Positions 24,011 to 35,169 are shown, counted from the first letter of the whole stretch. The stretch: 63,400 bases of DNA, filler included, from Octopus bimaculoides (GCF_001194135.2; 8 parts of 7 records of this genome joined end to end with filler, not necessarily neighbours in it); one strand, 5' to 3'. Numbers and translations: made by a program. Notes: generated by a model from the sequence alone, not told the origin.

Positions 24011-25326
24011 GTGAAAATTGTGGTATATTTACCAAACATTGACGAACATGTGTTATATTGTAGTCAATGATTGTGTGTACAGGTAGAAGGAAAGAAATAT
24101 AAAAGTTGCTAGAAACAACAGCCAAATCTCCCTTAAATTACACAAAGTAAACGGAATTTTAAAATTTTTACACCAATGGAATTTTTTCGATGTGAACTTT
24201 CCAGTGCAGTAATTACACACTCAATATATTATATAGAGAGTAAGAGTAAAAGAGGGAGAGAGAGAGAGAGAGAGAGNNNNNNNNNNNNNNNNNNNNNNNN
24301 NNNNNNNNNNNNNNNNNNNNNNNNNNNNNNNNNNNNNNNNNNNNNNNNNNNNNNNNNNNNNNNNNNNNNNNNNNNNNNNNNNNNNNNNNNNNNNNNNNNN
24401 NNNNNNNNNNNNNNNNNNNNNNNNNNNNNNNNNNNNNNNNNNNNNNNNNNNNNNNNNNNNNNNNNNNNNNNNNNNNNNNNNNNNNNNNNNNNNNNNNNNN
24501 NNNNNNNNNNNNNNNNNNNNNNNNNNNNNNNNNNNNNNNNNNNNNNNNNNNNNNNNNNNNNNNNNNNNNNNNNNNNNNNNNNNNNNNNNNNNNNNNNNNN
24601 NNNNNNNNNNNNNNNNNNNNNNNNNNNNNNNNNNNNNNNNNNNNNNNNNNNNNNNNNNNNNNNNNNNNNNNNNNNNNNNNNNNNNNNNNNNNNNNNNNNN
24701 NNNNNNNNNNNNNNNNNNNNNNNNNNNNNNNNNNNNNNNNNNNNNNNNNNNNNNNNNNNNNNNNNNNNNNNNNNNNNNNNNNNNNNNNNNNNNNNNNNNN
24801 NNNNNNNNNNNNNNNNNNNNNNNNNNNNNNNNNNNNNNNNNNNNNNNNNNNNNNNNNNNNNNNNNNNNNNNNNNNNNNNNNNNNNNNNNNNNNNNNNNNN
24901 NNNNNNNNNNNNNNNNNNNNNNNNNNNNNNNNNNNNNNNNNNNNNNNNNNNNNNNNNNNNNNNNNNNNNNNNNNNNNNNNNNNNNNNNNNNNNNNNNNNN
25001 NNNNNNNNNNNNNNNNNNNNNNNNNNNNNNNNNNNNNNNNNNNNNNNNNNNNNNNNNNNNNNNNNNNNNNNNNNNNNNNNNNNNNNNNNNNNNNNNNNNN
25101 NNNNNNNNNNNNNNNNNNNNNNNNNNNNNNNNNNNNNNNNNNNNNNNNNNNNNNNNNNNNNNNNNNNNNNNNNNNNNNNNNNNNNNNNNNNNNNNNNNNN
25201 NNNATATATATATATATATATATATGCATATATATATATATCATTGTTAAACAGGACAGCAAACATTAACGCATGGCAACAAACATCTCAAGTCACATAC
25301 AATATTATTATAGGAAGAAATTCAAA

Positions 25327-25382
25327 ATCTTACACCTGTTTCCGTGATATCTCCGAGTATGGGATATTCTGTCATTAGACAC
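25327..25382 (-). ncRNA. Decayed type I hammerhead motif (left arm of fold-back 1)
   Basis: Minus: GTGT-CTAATGA-C-AGAATATCCC-ATACTC-GGAGATATCAC-G-GAAA-C-AGGT-GT-A-AGAT; core G5>A. Confidence 0.6.
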
Positions 25383-25714
25383 AAATAGGGGGAAAATAGG
25401 GAAAATGAGAGTGTTATATATTAATAGGATGATGACATAGAGGAAAGGGTAAAAGAATAAGGAGATGGAAAGAAGGAAGAAAAACAAAGCATAAAAGTTC
25501 ATAGTTCAACTTTCTGAAGTTACAGAAATCAGAGGTGCAATAATTCATAGATCCATGAGCATAAGTCCTAAGGTTCAATCCTGCGTATATCCATATGGAT
25601 TTAACCATGAAATTTTATGCTTCTTTTTTCTTCCTTCTTTCCATCTCCTTATTCTTTTACTCCCTTCCTCTTAATCTAATTAATATATACCACTCTCATT
25701 TTCCCTATTTGTCT

Positions 25715-27028
25715 GAAAATGTGCAGAAAACAACTTCTGTCACATTCCAGGGAGAAAAACTAGACATAGTTGATAGCTTCTGCTATCTGGGTGACCAAGT
25801 TAGTAGTGGGGGAGGTTGCGCTGAAAGTGTAGCTACTAGAATAAGAATAGCCTGGGCAAAGTTCAGAGAGCTCTTACCTCTGCTGGCAACAAAGGACCTC
25901 TCACTCAGAGTAAAAGGCAGACTGTATGATGCATGTGTACGAACAGCCATGCTACATGGCAGTGAAACATGGGCTGTGACTGCTGAGGACTTGTGTAAGC
26001 TCGCAAGGAATGAAGCCAGTATGCTCTGATGGATGAGTAATGTCAGTGTGCATACCCGACAGAGTGTAAGTATCTTGAGACAAAAGTTGAACCTAAGAAG
26101 CATCAGTTGTGNNNNNNNNNNNNNNNNNNNNNNNNNNNNNNNNNNNNNNNNNNNNNNNNNNNNNNNNNNNNNNNNNNNNNNNNNNNNNNNNNNNNNNNNN
26201 NNNNNNNNNNNNNNNNNNNNNNNNNNNNNNNNNNNNNNNNNNNNNNNNNNNNNNNNNNNNNNNNNNNNNNNNNNNNNNNNNNNNNNNNNNNNNNNNNNNN
26301 NNNNNNNNNNNNNATATGCTGTGCATGAGAAGACCTGGCAAGCCAAGTGAGACCAAAATCCAAGGCCTCTGCCAGGGATGTAGCCAGCCCACTTATGCGT
26401 AACATTCCTTCATTGGACACTAAATTCCGCTTGCGAAGACTTGTTGAGGCAAGTGAAATCAAAATCGAACTAAATTTGACGACTGGCACCCATGCCAACA
26501 TCTCTTTCATTGGACACTAAACTCAACTTGCAAAGACCTGTTGGGGCAAGCGAAAGCAAAATCGTAATGGCACCTGTACCAGTAGAGCACTAAGAGCACC
26601 GTCCGAGAATGATCGTTGCCAGAGCAGCTGTCTGGCTTCCATGCCAGTGGCACATAAATAGCACCATTTGAGCATGATCGTTACCAACGTCGCCTTCTTG
26701 GAACTTGTGCCGGTGGCATGTGAAAAGACATTTGAGCGAGATCGTTGCCAATGTTGATGGACTGGCTCCTGTGCAGGTGGCACGTAAAATACACCATTTT
26801 GAGTGTGGCCGTTACCAGTACCGCCTGACTCGCCTTCATGCCGGTGGCACGTAAAAGCACCCACTACACTCTCAGAGTGGTTGGCATTAGGAAGGGCATC
26901 CAGCTGTAGAAACTCTGCCAAATCAGATTGGAGCCTGGTGTAGCCACCTGGTTCACCAGTCCTCAGTCAAATCGTCCAACCCATGCTAGCATGGAAAGCA
27001 GACGTTAAACAATGATGATGATGATGAT
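25715..27028 (+). mobile_element. 5'-truncated RTE-clade LINE with long repetitive 3' UTR and (GAT)n tail
   Basis: LDIVDSFCYLGDQVSSGGGCAESVATRIRIAWAKFRELLPLL...KGRLYDACVRTAMLHGSETWA is the RTE post-RT signature. 3' end GTTGGCATTAGGAAGGGCATCCAGC...GACGTTAAACAAT(GAT)n. GTCT is duplicated at 25711-25714 and 27029-27032. Confidence 0.9.
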
Positions 27029-27084
27029 GTCTCTGGTGATAGAATAACCCATACTCGGGGATATCCCAGAAACAGCTGTAAGAT
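27029..27084 (+). ncRNA. Decayed type I hammerhead motif (right arm of fold-back 1)
   Basis: GTCT-CTGGTGA-T-AGAATAACCC-ATACTC-GGGGATATCCC-A-GAAA-C-AGCT-GT-A-AGAT; core A6>G. The two arms' cores are each one change from CTGATGA. Confidence 0.65.
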
Positions 27085-27576
27085 TTTGAATTTCTTCCTA
27101 TAATAATATTGTATATGACTTGAGATGTTTGTATTGCCTTAATGTTTGCTGTCCTGTTTAACAATTATATATCTGCTGCATTGGAAATCTGAAATGGCTT
27201 CAAAACTACTGTCTCGGCCGTAACCTTGGAGCCCCAACAATCCATTACAGCATTTACCTAGTGTACCTAACCCTTTAGATCTCTTGTGAACTAAACCCCC
27301 ATAATTTCTATGTATGTATATATATATATTTATTTATTTATTAATAAATTTCAGGGTAGCAAAAAAATATTTAGAAATACTTTTTGCTACCAGTGGTCTA
27401 GCGAGAAGAAAAACTAGTCAATAAACTATATATTATTCATTTAAATACACACAGTGTACATTTAAACACATGAGATGTCCATAATAGGACATCTAACCCA
27501 CTAGAAGGAGCAGTCAAACGCCAAACCACAAATAGGGATAATTCTGGAAAGGAATGAAAAATAAAAACATTTACCA

Positions 27577-27647
27577 TCCTGTACCATGGTTTCAAGCTAT
27601 TTTCAGCAAAATAAAATAATTTGCTAAGCCAGCTATCATCAGCAGGA
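27577..27647 (-). ncRNA. Type I hammerhead ribozyme motif (left arm of fold-back 2)
   Basis: Minus: TCCTG-CTGATGA-T-AGCT-(hairpin loop)-AGCT-T-GAAA-C-CATG-GT-A-CAGGA. Canonical core, palindromic ACCATGGT stem III, GUA triplet; U.U at the base of stem II. Confidence 0.8.
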
Positions 27648-28044
27648 AAGCCAAGATTAACATATAAACACGAGGCAATACATAGAACATGCCTCGTGCT
27701 CATATGTTATAATTTTTCATATCTACAGCACATGTGTGGTTTTCATATCGGCAGCAAACACAAAAAATGCCGATTTTCTTCCAGAAATAAGCCAAAAAGT
27801 CATTATATCATTATTAATAAATTTCAGGGTAGCAAAAAAAATTTAGAAATACCTTTTGCTACCAGTGGTCTAGCGAGAACAAAAACTAGTCAATAGACTA
27901 TATATTATTCATATAAATACTTACAGTGTATATATTTGCTGCCGATAAGAAAATAGCATATGCGCGGTAGATATGAAAAATTATAACATATAAGCACGAG
28001 GCATGTTCTATGTATTGCCTCATGTTTATATATTAATTCAGGCT

Positions 28045-28117
28045 TTCCTGCTGATGATAGCTGGCCTAGTAAATTATTTTATTTTGCTGAAAATAGCTTG
28101 AAACCATGGTACAGGAA
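28045..28117 (+). ncRNA. Type I hammerhead ribozyme motif (right arm of fold-back 2)
   Basis: TTCCTG-CTGATGA-T-AGCT-GGCCTAGTAAATTATTTTATTTTGCTGAAAAT-AGCT-T-GAAA-C-CATG-GT-A-CAGGAA; stem I 6 bp. Confidence 0.8.
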
Positions 28118-28489
28118 TTAGATGGTAAATGTTTTTATTTTTCATTCCCATTCAAAATTATCTCTATTTGTGGTTTGGAGTTTGACTGCTCCATCTAGCG
28201 GGTTAGATGTCTTATTATGGACATCTCTTATTTGTTTTAATGTAAACTGTATATGTATATATATATATATATNNNNNNNNNNNNNNNNNNNNNNNNNNNN
28301 NNNNNNNNNNNNNNNNTTAATTAATTAANNNNNNNNNNNNNNNNNNNNNNNNNNNNNNNNNNNNNNNNNNNNTATATATATATATATATATATATATACG
28401 TTATTAATAAAACTGCAAAAACATCGCAAAAGCTGTTACTCAGTTTCACGTTCCCATTCGTCGGACAGTTTTGGTTGAGAATGGAACAG

Positions 28490-28503
28490 ATATATTGTCG
28501 AGA

Positions 28504-28571
<68 letters not shown>

Positions 28572-28610
28572 AGAGAAAAAAGAGGGAGAGAAAGAGGTGG
28601 GGGAGGAAAA
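28490..28610. repeat. (GA)n/(GAAA)n purine microsatellite
   Basis: Directly visible. Confidence 0.9.
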
Positions 28611-30934
28611 AATAATGCTTGATACTTGCATGCAGATACATCGATAGAAAAATAGATAAATTCATTGATAGATAATCATATAAACATATAGAGGGAAACT
28701 CATATACATAAGGAAAATATCAAATGCATTTTTCTGTTGTGGTTGTTGTTGTTGTTGTTGTTCAATCCCCATTTTGGTCCCACTTGACCATGCCTTTAAT
28801 TAAACACATTCTAACCCTGATCATTACGTATTTTTATGTGGGTATTACATTATCCTATGTGTCCTTCTTGTTTTTAAAGACGGTAGGGTTATTATTCATG
28901 GGAGATGTTATTTCAAGCAAACCAAACAACCGCAATGAAGTTTCTTGTTTGCTCCATTTGAGAAACTTTTGTAACGTGACGATGAGCTAAATGTTTCATA
29001 AACTATCGACGAACTAACAAATTTTTGATAAATTAATTTCTTGTGTATGTAAATCCCGGTTATAGACCAATGACACGACCGTAAGGTTATGCGACGTTTA
29101 ATTATTTCGAGCATAGAATGTCTTTTTACTAACCAATCATATCACATAATCCGAATCAACTAACGTTCTATCAAATAGAAGTAACCTTTGCCAATGACAC
29201 TTTGGTTTCGATTCGTGATTAAGAATTAAGATAGGCAATATAAGTGGAGAAAAATTTACTCTATTCTTATTAGTTTTCTCTTTGGGAAAATCATAAACGG
29301 AGTAATCTTTTATTTCACTTTCCTAACTTATAAAAGTCAACCTTCAAACCTATATAAGAAAGAATCATTCTCTATGCCTAACACGTCTATGGGTAAATAA
29401 TTCGATTTCAACTTCCAATTGTAATCGCTATTGCTTTATCACTAAAGTTATTTAAGAAGAGCATTCACGTCAAAACTCCATATCTGCTCTTCTATTTAAC
29501 TATTAGAAGAGAATCATTGTTGAGTTCATAGGGTGTAGGTCCATAAACTGAACGGCTGGACGTTCGTATCAATACCGACACAGTATTGTGTCCGCAGCCA
29601 AGACAATTTAAGTACCTCTGACTAAGTGCAGCTGGCTTTAAGTAGACATCGTAACGATGTACTGTGTGAATGCTATTTCGTTGACGAAATTTTCGTCAAT
29701 GCGAACAAAATTATATATACATACACACACACATATATGTATATATATATATATATATATATGTAAAATGTTGAAGAGGAAAACACGAGTAGATATATAT
29801 ATGTATATATATATAGTTATTTTCACATATGTAGAAGATCATAAATTTACAAGAAAAGATTTATTTAATATGATATTTGACACCGTGTCTTTCCTAGGCG
29901 CATTTAAAGAGCATAACAGAAACGAAATTTCTTAAAGTGGAAATCGACTCCACAGAGAATTTGCTTCTTACATAAACGAGGTCTTCAACGGGAGAACAAA
30001 ACACTGTTCGATAATATAAGAATTCAAGATGCTTCAAATAAGAAACCGACATGTATAAACAGCAAATATTCAATCGTTGCCCCATAATCCGCTTTGGCGT
30101 TTCAAGGTTCTCATCTTAGTTTTCTCTTAGGGTTGACTTTGTCGTTCATTAGAGGTTAAAATTGTAAATAACAATAAAATATCAAAGACCATTCAATAAA
30201 CTATGGACGTTTCGTTAGAAAAATTTTCTGTTTTTTTTCTTGTGCTTAGAGGATTATGACCATTTTCAGGGTTTCTGAGACTCGTAGTTTTGGGTCGGGC
30301 AAAAGTAGAAGAGATCCTTAAACAGGAAACCTGGTTCGAATACTTGCAACAGTGTGGACCCCATCGAGTGTATAAAAGAAACAGGAAGCGCTGTTAAATC
30401 CAGTCGGTGGATTAGATCTACCTCACAAAAAGTGATAGCATCTGAAGGGTTTCCCCAAACCTTTCCTCAACCCAATTTTATTCGGAAGATTTGGAGTTTA
30501 CTACAAAACTATGGTGGAATATTCCCGCGTAGTGCTGCAAAATGGGAGTGAACCCATAACTACGTGATTATGAAACGAATTGTTTGTTCTTAATTAAAGC
30601 TATATACATTGTGCCGGAAAAGGTGGATGAGACGGTTGAAACAAGATGGCCGGACTAGATGCTTTTCACTATCTACTCTGTTGTTTATTTTTATTTTTAA
30701 GTGAAAAAAAACCCCTCCAAATATCGACTGATGCTTTCATCATGATCGATAAAATAAGAACTGTTAATATATTGGCGTCATAAATCTTTAGACAAATTAT
30801 CTTTCGTTTATCAGTAACAACAAGAATAACATGAATAATAACGTGAACATCAATATTAATAGTGATTTTTCATGTTGGAACCAAGCTGAATATTTATGGG
30901 TAAGAATGTGGCCTGTATCTGAACACTTTTACTT

Positions 30935-31415
30935 AATACGAACATCTTTTATCGACCCAGGAGGACTCAAACGGATTTGATCTTAAGGCTTAAGGGAATT
31001 AAACTACATATTGCAAGCTATTCTACTGATAATGCCATTCTTCGCTCTTGAATAATAAGTTCAAGAATAGGCACAAGGCCAACAATATTGCAGGAAGAAG
31101 ATTATTCGATTAAATCGACCCCAATATTTGACTGACGTTTTATTTTATCGATCCTGAAGGATGGAAGGCAAAGTCTAATTAAGCGGGATTTGAACTCAAA
31201 ATGTAAAATGTAGTAAGAATACTGCAAGTCACGAAATCGCTAATGATTTTGCTTATCCACCGCTTTAATAATTTCTAATTTAGGCACAAATCCAGCGATT
31301 CCGTGGAAGGGATTAGTCGATTAAATCAACTCCAATACCTGACTGGTGCTTTATTTTATCAACCCCTGAGAAATTGAAGGCCAAGTTGACCTCGGTGGTA
31401 TTTAAACTCGAAATA
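30935..31415 (-). mobile_element. Cluster of ~3 decayed family-M SINE fragments
   Basis: Repeated TTTTATCGACCC/GATCCTGAAGGATGGAAGGCAAAGTC/GATTTGAACTC/GGCACAAGGCC motifs. Confidence 0.75.
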
Positions 31416-31924
31416 AAAGTCTACATTCAAATCGAACAAGTGTAAAAAAAAAAAAAATGAAAGGGTAAGTCTACACAGTGTACACAATTCCGTGATGTCC
31501 TTAGAGGAGGACTAATCTAAGAACCTCATACATCTTACAAGTGTCCCTTGCCCGACAGATGCATGCTGAGAGTAAAGACATTTACTTGGGATATGCTTTC
31601 TACTTCTTGTTAGATTACTGGAGAGTACGTCACTTTACTTTAAAAAGTTGATAATGGCTTTGCTAGAGAATAAAATGAATATTTTTGGTCCTTTCAGTCC
31701 ACATATGACTACCAAACGGAGAAAAATTTCCCGCTTTTCCCACTAACGGGAAAGTGGTGGGATGATTTTCACTCAGTCGATAAATCTGTCCTACACGCTA
31801 CAACAACCGTTTGATAAGAATCCATAAGTTAGCTCAGATACAGAACTAATTTGTAAAGAATGATTTCAACGCTCTGCTCACATCATGAAAGTCCAGGTTA
31901 AAAGCAATTTCGCTCCCGCAGAGT

Positions 31925-32296
31925 TTATCTCGAACCAGCAATGCTCCCCGGCGGCACTACCTGGCCACACATTTCTGTACCTGTAGTATCCGGGCCAAAA
32001 TTTCTCCGAAATTGACCAGCCAGTTGATCCTTGGCGACATTAAGAGTTTCCCTAAGGTTATTGTCTATCTTTTCTATCACAAGCCCTTTATCAGTCGAAA
32101 TCCTAACTGGTAGCGGGCTATGAGAGTCTGACAGCATTCTGGGTGTCAGGGCTCCCTTTCTTGATCTTCGCTTTATCCAGGACAGTCGCTTCATCAAGAA
32201 CCGAACTGTGAAATAACGTGCGCAATAAATGGCGACTACACCACTCACCGCCCAGAATCGCCGCAGATGCAGCAGCCTTACTATTTGTCTGTTCAT
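31925..32296 (-). CDS. Candidate 123-aa ORF or first exon (hydrophobic segment then basic patch), unknown product
   Basis: Unique, GC/CpG-enriched sequence; ATCATGAAC start context; MNRQIVRLLHLRRFWAVSGVVAIYCARYFTVRFLMKRLSWIKRRSRKG... It competes with a plus-strand exon candidate. Confidence 0.3.
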   Translation of the reverse strand: MNRQIVRLLHLRRFWAVSGVVAIYCARYFTVRFLMKRLSWIKRRSRKGALTPRMLSDSHSPLPVRISTDKGLVIEKIDNNLRETLNVAKDQLAGQFRRNFGPDTTGTEMCGQVVPPGSIAGSR

Positions 32297-32383
32297 GATC
32301 AGTCACGGCTTATCACCCCATCCGTGCAAAATGTGTTGGCTGTAGACGAACTATCTGACCAATGGAATCCGACTCTTCCATAA
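32181..32383 (+). CDS. Alternative candidate terminal exon (QSLHQEPNCEITCAINGDYTTHRPESPQMQQPYYLSVHDQ...PTLP*)
   Basis: Strong acceptor GCTCCCTTTCTTGATCTTCGCTTTATCCAG, then 2 nt plus 66 open codons to TAA. Confidence 0.25.
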
Positions 32384-32899
32384 GCAGCGAAAGAGCAGAA
32401 ATTCCAATCTGGTTAAACAAAAACGGGCCAAAGAGCAATGGTCAAGCGGTAATATATAATAGAGGCGATACACATGTTCGCCATCTCAATGCGGTCTGTT
32501 ACGAATAACTTTCTTTCAGTCCATTTCTAACTGTGGCTAGCCACCTTGCTCGTAATCACACCTCAGTTTCTATTTACCACGAGATCCGGATCTAACATAT
32601 AGCCCCTTCTCCATTTGCTTACACAATCTTCGCCAACAAAGAAATAGTTCTTAAGTAATATTGATAAGTAGAAGAGAGATTCTTTCTACTTGTCCCGTGT
32701 TACTGTTGTTTAACGCCAAGACAACCCTAAAAGAACTAATCTATGATCAAATGCATTTCAATTACAATCATTTCGCCTCTCTTCAGATATTCTATTGTCT
32801 TTTCAAAATGATAAGGTGTCGGCTAAGAGAAATCCGGCAGCTATTTCTGGCCGGTCAAGAGCTCACGCTAGGATTCTTTCGTTGACTTCATTTTCTCAT

Positions 32900-33080
32900 G
32901 CTTAGCTCGAGATCAACTCAGGTCGAACGTGTTCTAGTCGTAACGATCTCATCTTTCATTCAGTCATGTGTCTAGGACCACATTATACAATATCTTTCAA
33001 GACGGCAAATTTTGATTTGAGTAAGATTTGGCTGCTATTTCTAACAAGTTGAGCAACCATGCAGAAATTTCTCCGTTGGC
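32900..33080. repeat. Old dispersed repeat (family F), decayed
   Basis: Motif GATTTGGCTGCTATTTCTARCAAGTYGAGCRACC recurs at ~28900, 36810, 40475, 40975 and 53112; its other end (GGTCATGGCTGGAA...GACCTGGGGCTAAAC) recurs at ~46275, 51305 and 51730. Confidence 0.7.
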
Positions 33081-33118
33081 CGCGCAGAATTCCGCGTTGG
33101 CTTGTATTTTTACCTAGT

Positions 33119-33287
33119 CAATGTCGTAGCTAGAGTGGGTGCCGCCTGGAGCAGCCCTTGAATCTGTTGACGCCCACCAATCTGCCTCCTATTCAGGATT
33201 ATACAGCAGACCCAAAAGTTCCCCCCTCCTTGAAAGCGTCACCGGAGATGGACTGCTCCCCGTGCCCCACCGACTAGCTACACGATT
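33119..33287. mobile_element. Small degenerate MITE
   Basis: CAATGTCGTAGCTAGAGTGGG..GGAGCAGCCC vs GGACTGCTCC..CCCACCGACTAGCTAC; resembles CAGTGGCGTAGCTAG-type termini. Confidence 0.5.
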
Positions 33288-33564
33288 ATGCTATCACAAT
33301 CTGGGAAGATATAAGCTAGACTTAATATTGTTCATTTATGAACGCAGAAACGTGAGTCACAGAACTAAATACACAACCATAATGAATCACCATACACTCC
33401 TTCCGTTATGACAGTTTGTTACATAGACATGAAACAGTAGATATTTTAGAATAATCAATTATTACTGGTGTAACATTCATGATGTTTTTGGAAAGGGAAT
33501 AAGGATGTATATGAAATAATTTTGAAGAATAGAAATTTGGTTTTGTCAAACCTTATTTTGTTAA

Positions 33565-33665
33565 ACTTTATTTTATCGATCCTGAGAAGGATGAACGGTA
33601 AAGTCGACCTCAGTGGGATATGAACTGGAACTGTAAAGGGACTCAACAAAATAGCGTAAATTATT
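33565..33665 (-). mobile_element. SINE family M fragment
   Basis: TTTATTTTATCGATCCTGAGAAGGATGAACGGTAAAGTCGACCTCAGTGGGATATGAACT. Confidence 0.8.
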
Positions 33666-34079
33666 TTGATTTAGTGGATTTGATGACATATGATGCACTT
33701 TCCCCAAACCACAGCCTCTCAAATCATCATTCTGGGTACTATATGCGAAGTCGCTTTAAATATTACATGCTTTAATGCGCTAACAACTTTTTTTGCCCAG
33801 CATATGCGCTGCTGAAATTGAGATGTGTCTTGTATGCTCATGCGTTTTTTATCTCATTTAATGCAACACTCTCTGTCGATTCCACTAATCCAAAGCGTTT
33901 TCGAAATAACAATAGTTATTATAGTTCTTACATAGGCTTGGTGTTTAAGCTTTTAACAGAATAAGCAAATGTGGTATGATGTCTATGTTTTCTTAATAGC
34001 ATTAATGACACAAGTGATGACGAGAAGTGTTAATGTTAATGGAAACGCAATCATTTGTCAGACAGTTTGGCGAGTGTAT

Positions 34080-34477
34080 CTCCATTCTGTGATGCGAACT
34101 ACTTTATTGAAAAAAAAAACCCAACAAATAAACAAAGAAGAAAGAGATGAAGACGAAAGAGAAAGAGAAGATAAAGAAGACAAAAAAAGATGAAGACAAA
34201 TATGAAAAAGAAAATTAAGTCGGATAAATAAGAGGAAATGAAGACGAAAAAGAAAGAGATGAAGAAAGTGGAAAGGAAGAAGAAGTAAGAGAAGAAGGAG
34301 AATAAAAAGAATGAATGGAAGAATACAAAAAAAAAAAGAAGAGAGGAAAGGGAAGAGGGAAAGAAGAAAGAGAGCAGACGGTAAAGAAAGAGAAGAAAGA
34401 AAATCAAGAAATGGTGATGGAGAAGAAGAAGAAAAAATAAGGGGAACAGAAATGGAAGAAATAAAAGGAAAAACTAG

Positions 34478-34533
<56 letters not shown>
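34080..34533. repeat. GAA-rich purine tract followed by (AAT)n
   Basis: Directly visible. Confidence 0.9.
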
Positions 34534-34534
<1 letters not shown>

Positions 34535-34657
34535 GACCATAAGAGCACCACAGCAAACCACAGCACATACCCAAAGCGCACAGAGCTGCGCTCGGTAGTG
34601 AAGTGAAAGCACGTTATAAAAATAAAACTACTGAACAATGATAATAATAATAATAAT
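34534..34657 (+). mobile_element. Extreme 3' end of R4/Dong family A embedded in (AAT)n
   Basis: CACAGCACATACCCAAAGCGCACAGAGCTG...GAAAGCACGTTATAAAAATAAAACTACTG matches the reverse complement of 2631-2710 and 60065-60136. Confidence 0.85.
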
Positions 34658-35101
34658 CCTTTCTACTAAAAACACAAGGCCCGAAATTTTTTAGGGGTGA
34701 AGGCTTGTCGATTACATTGACTTCAGTTCTCAGCTGGCACTTATTTCCTCGATCATGACAGGATGAAAGGTAAAGTCGACCTCGGCGGAATTTGATCTAA
34801 GAACGTAGAGACGGACGAGATGCAGCTAATCATTTTGTCCGACGTGCTAACGTGTCTGCTAGCTTGCCGCCTTAATAATGATAATAATCCTTTCTACTAA
34901 AGGCACACGGCCTGAAATTTTGAGGGGAGGGAACTAGTCAATTACATCGACCCCAGTGTTTCACTGGTGCTTAATTTATCGACCCCGAAAAGATCAACGG
35001 CAAAGTCGACTGTAGCAGAATTTGAACTCAGAACGTAGCAACGGGCGAAGTATCGCTAAATATTTCGTCCAGCGTGCTAACGATTCTGCCAGCTCGCCGC
35101 T

Positions 35102-35169
<68 letters not shown>

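Larger units (their letters stand above)
25243..27165. mobile_element. Fold-back element 1 (~600 bp when reconstructed) with HHR-bearing inverted arms, split by an RTE insertion
   Basis: 25243-~25510 is the inverted copy of (25590-25714 + 27033-27165), e.g. ATTGTTAAACAGGACAGCAAACATTAA vs TTAATGTTTGCTGTCCTGTTTAACAAT; TA repeats lie outside both ends. Confidence 0.85.
27338..28249. mobile_element. Fold-back element 2: ~310-bp inverted arms plus a 121-bp direct repeat
   Basis: Arm 27452-27758 is inverted at 27935-28249; 27338-27458 is repeated directly at 27811-27930 (about 7 differences). Confidence 0.9.

Noticed and set aside
27355-27401. Hairpin followed by CTAG, resembling a Helitron 3' end, within repeat D
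   Set aside because: The hairpin is AT-rich and long, the D homology continues ~55 nt past CTAG, and no 5' TC end was identified.
29500-29700. 67-codon open minus frame (HRYDVYLKP...SVYGPTPY) with a vague FN3 flavour
   Set aside because: No start codon or convincing splice-site pair; the plus strand reads equally protein-like, so likely chance.
34058-34612. 184-aa hydrophobic/poly-Tyr ORF
   Set aside because: Antisense translation of a GAA-rich tract, (AAT)n and a LINE 3' UTR.
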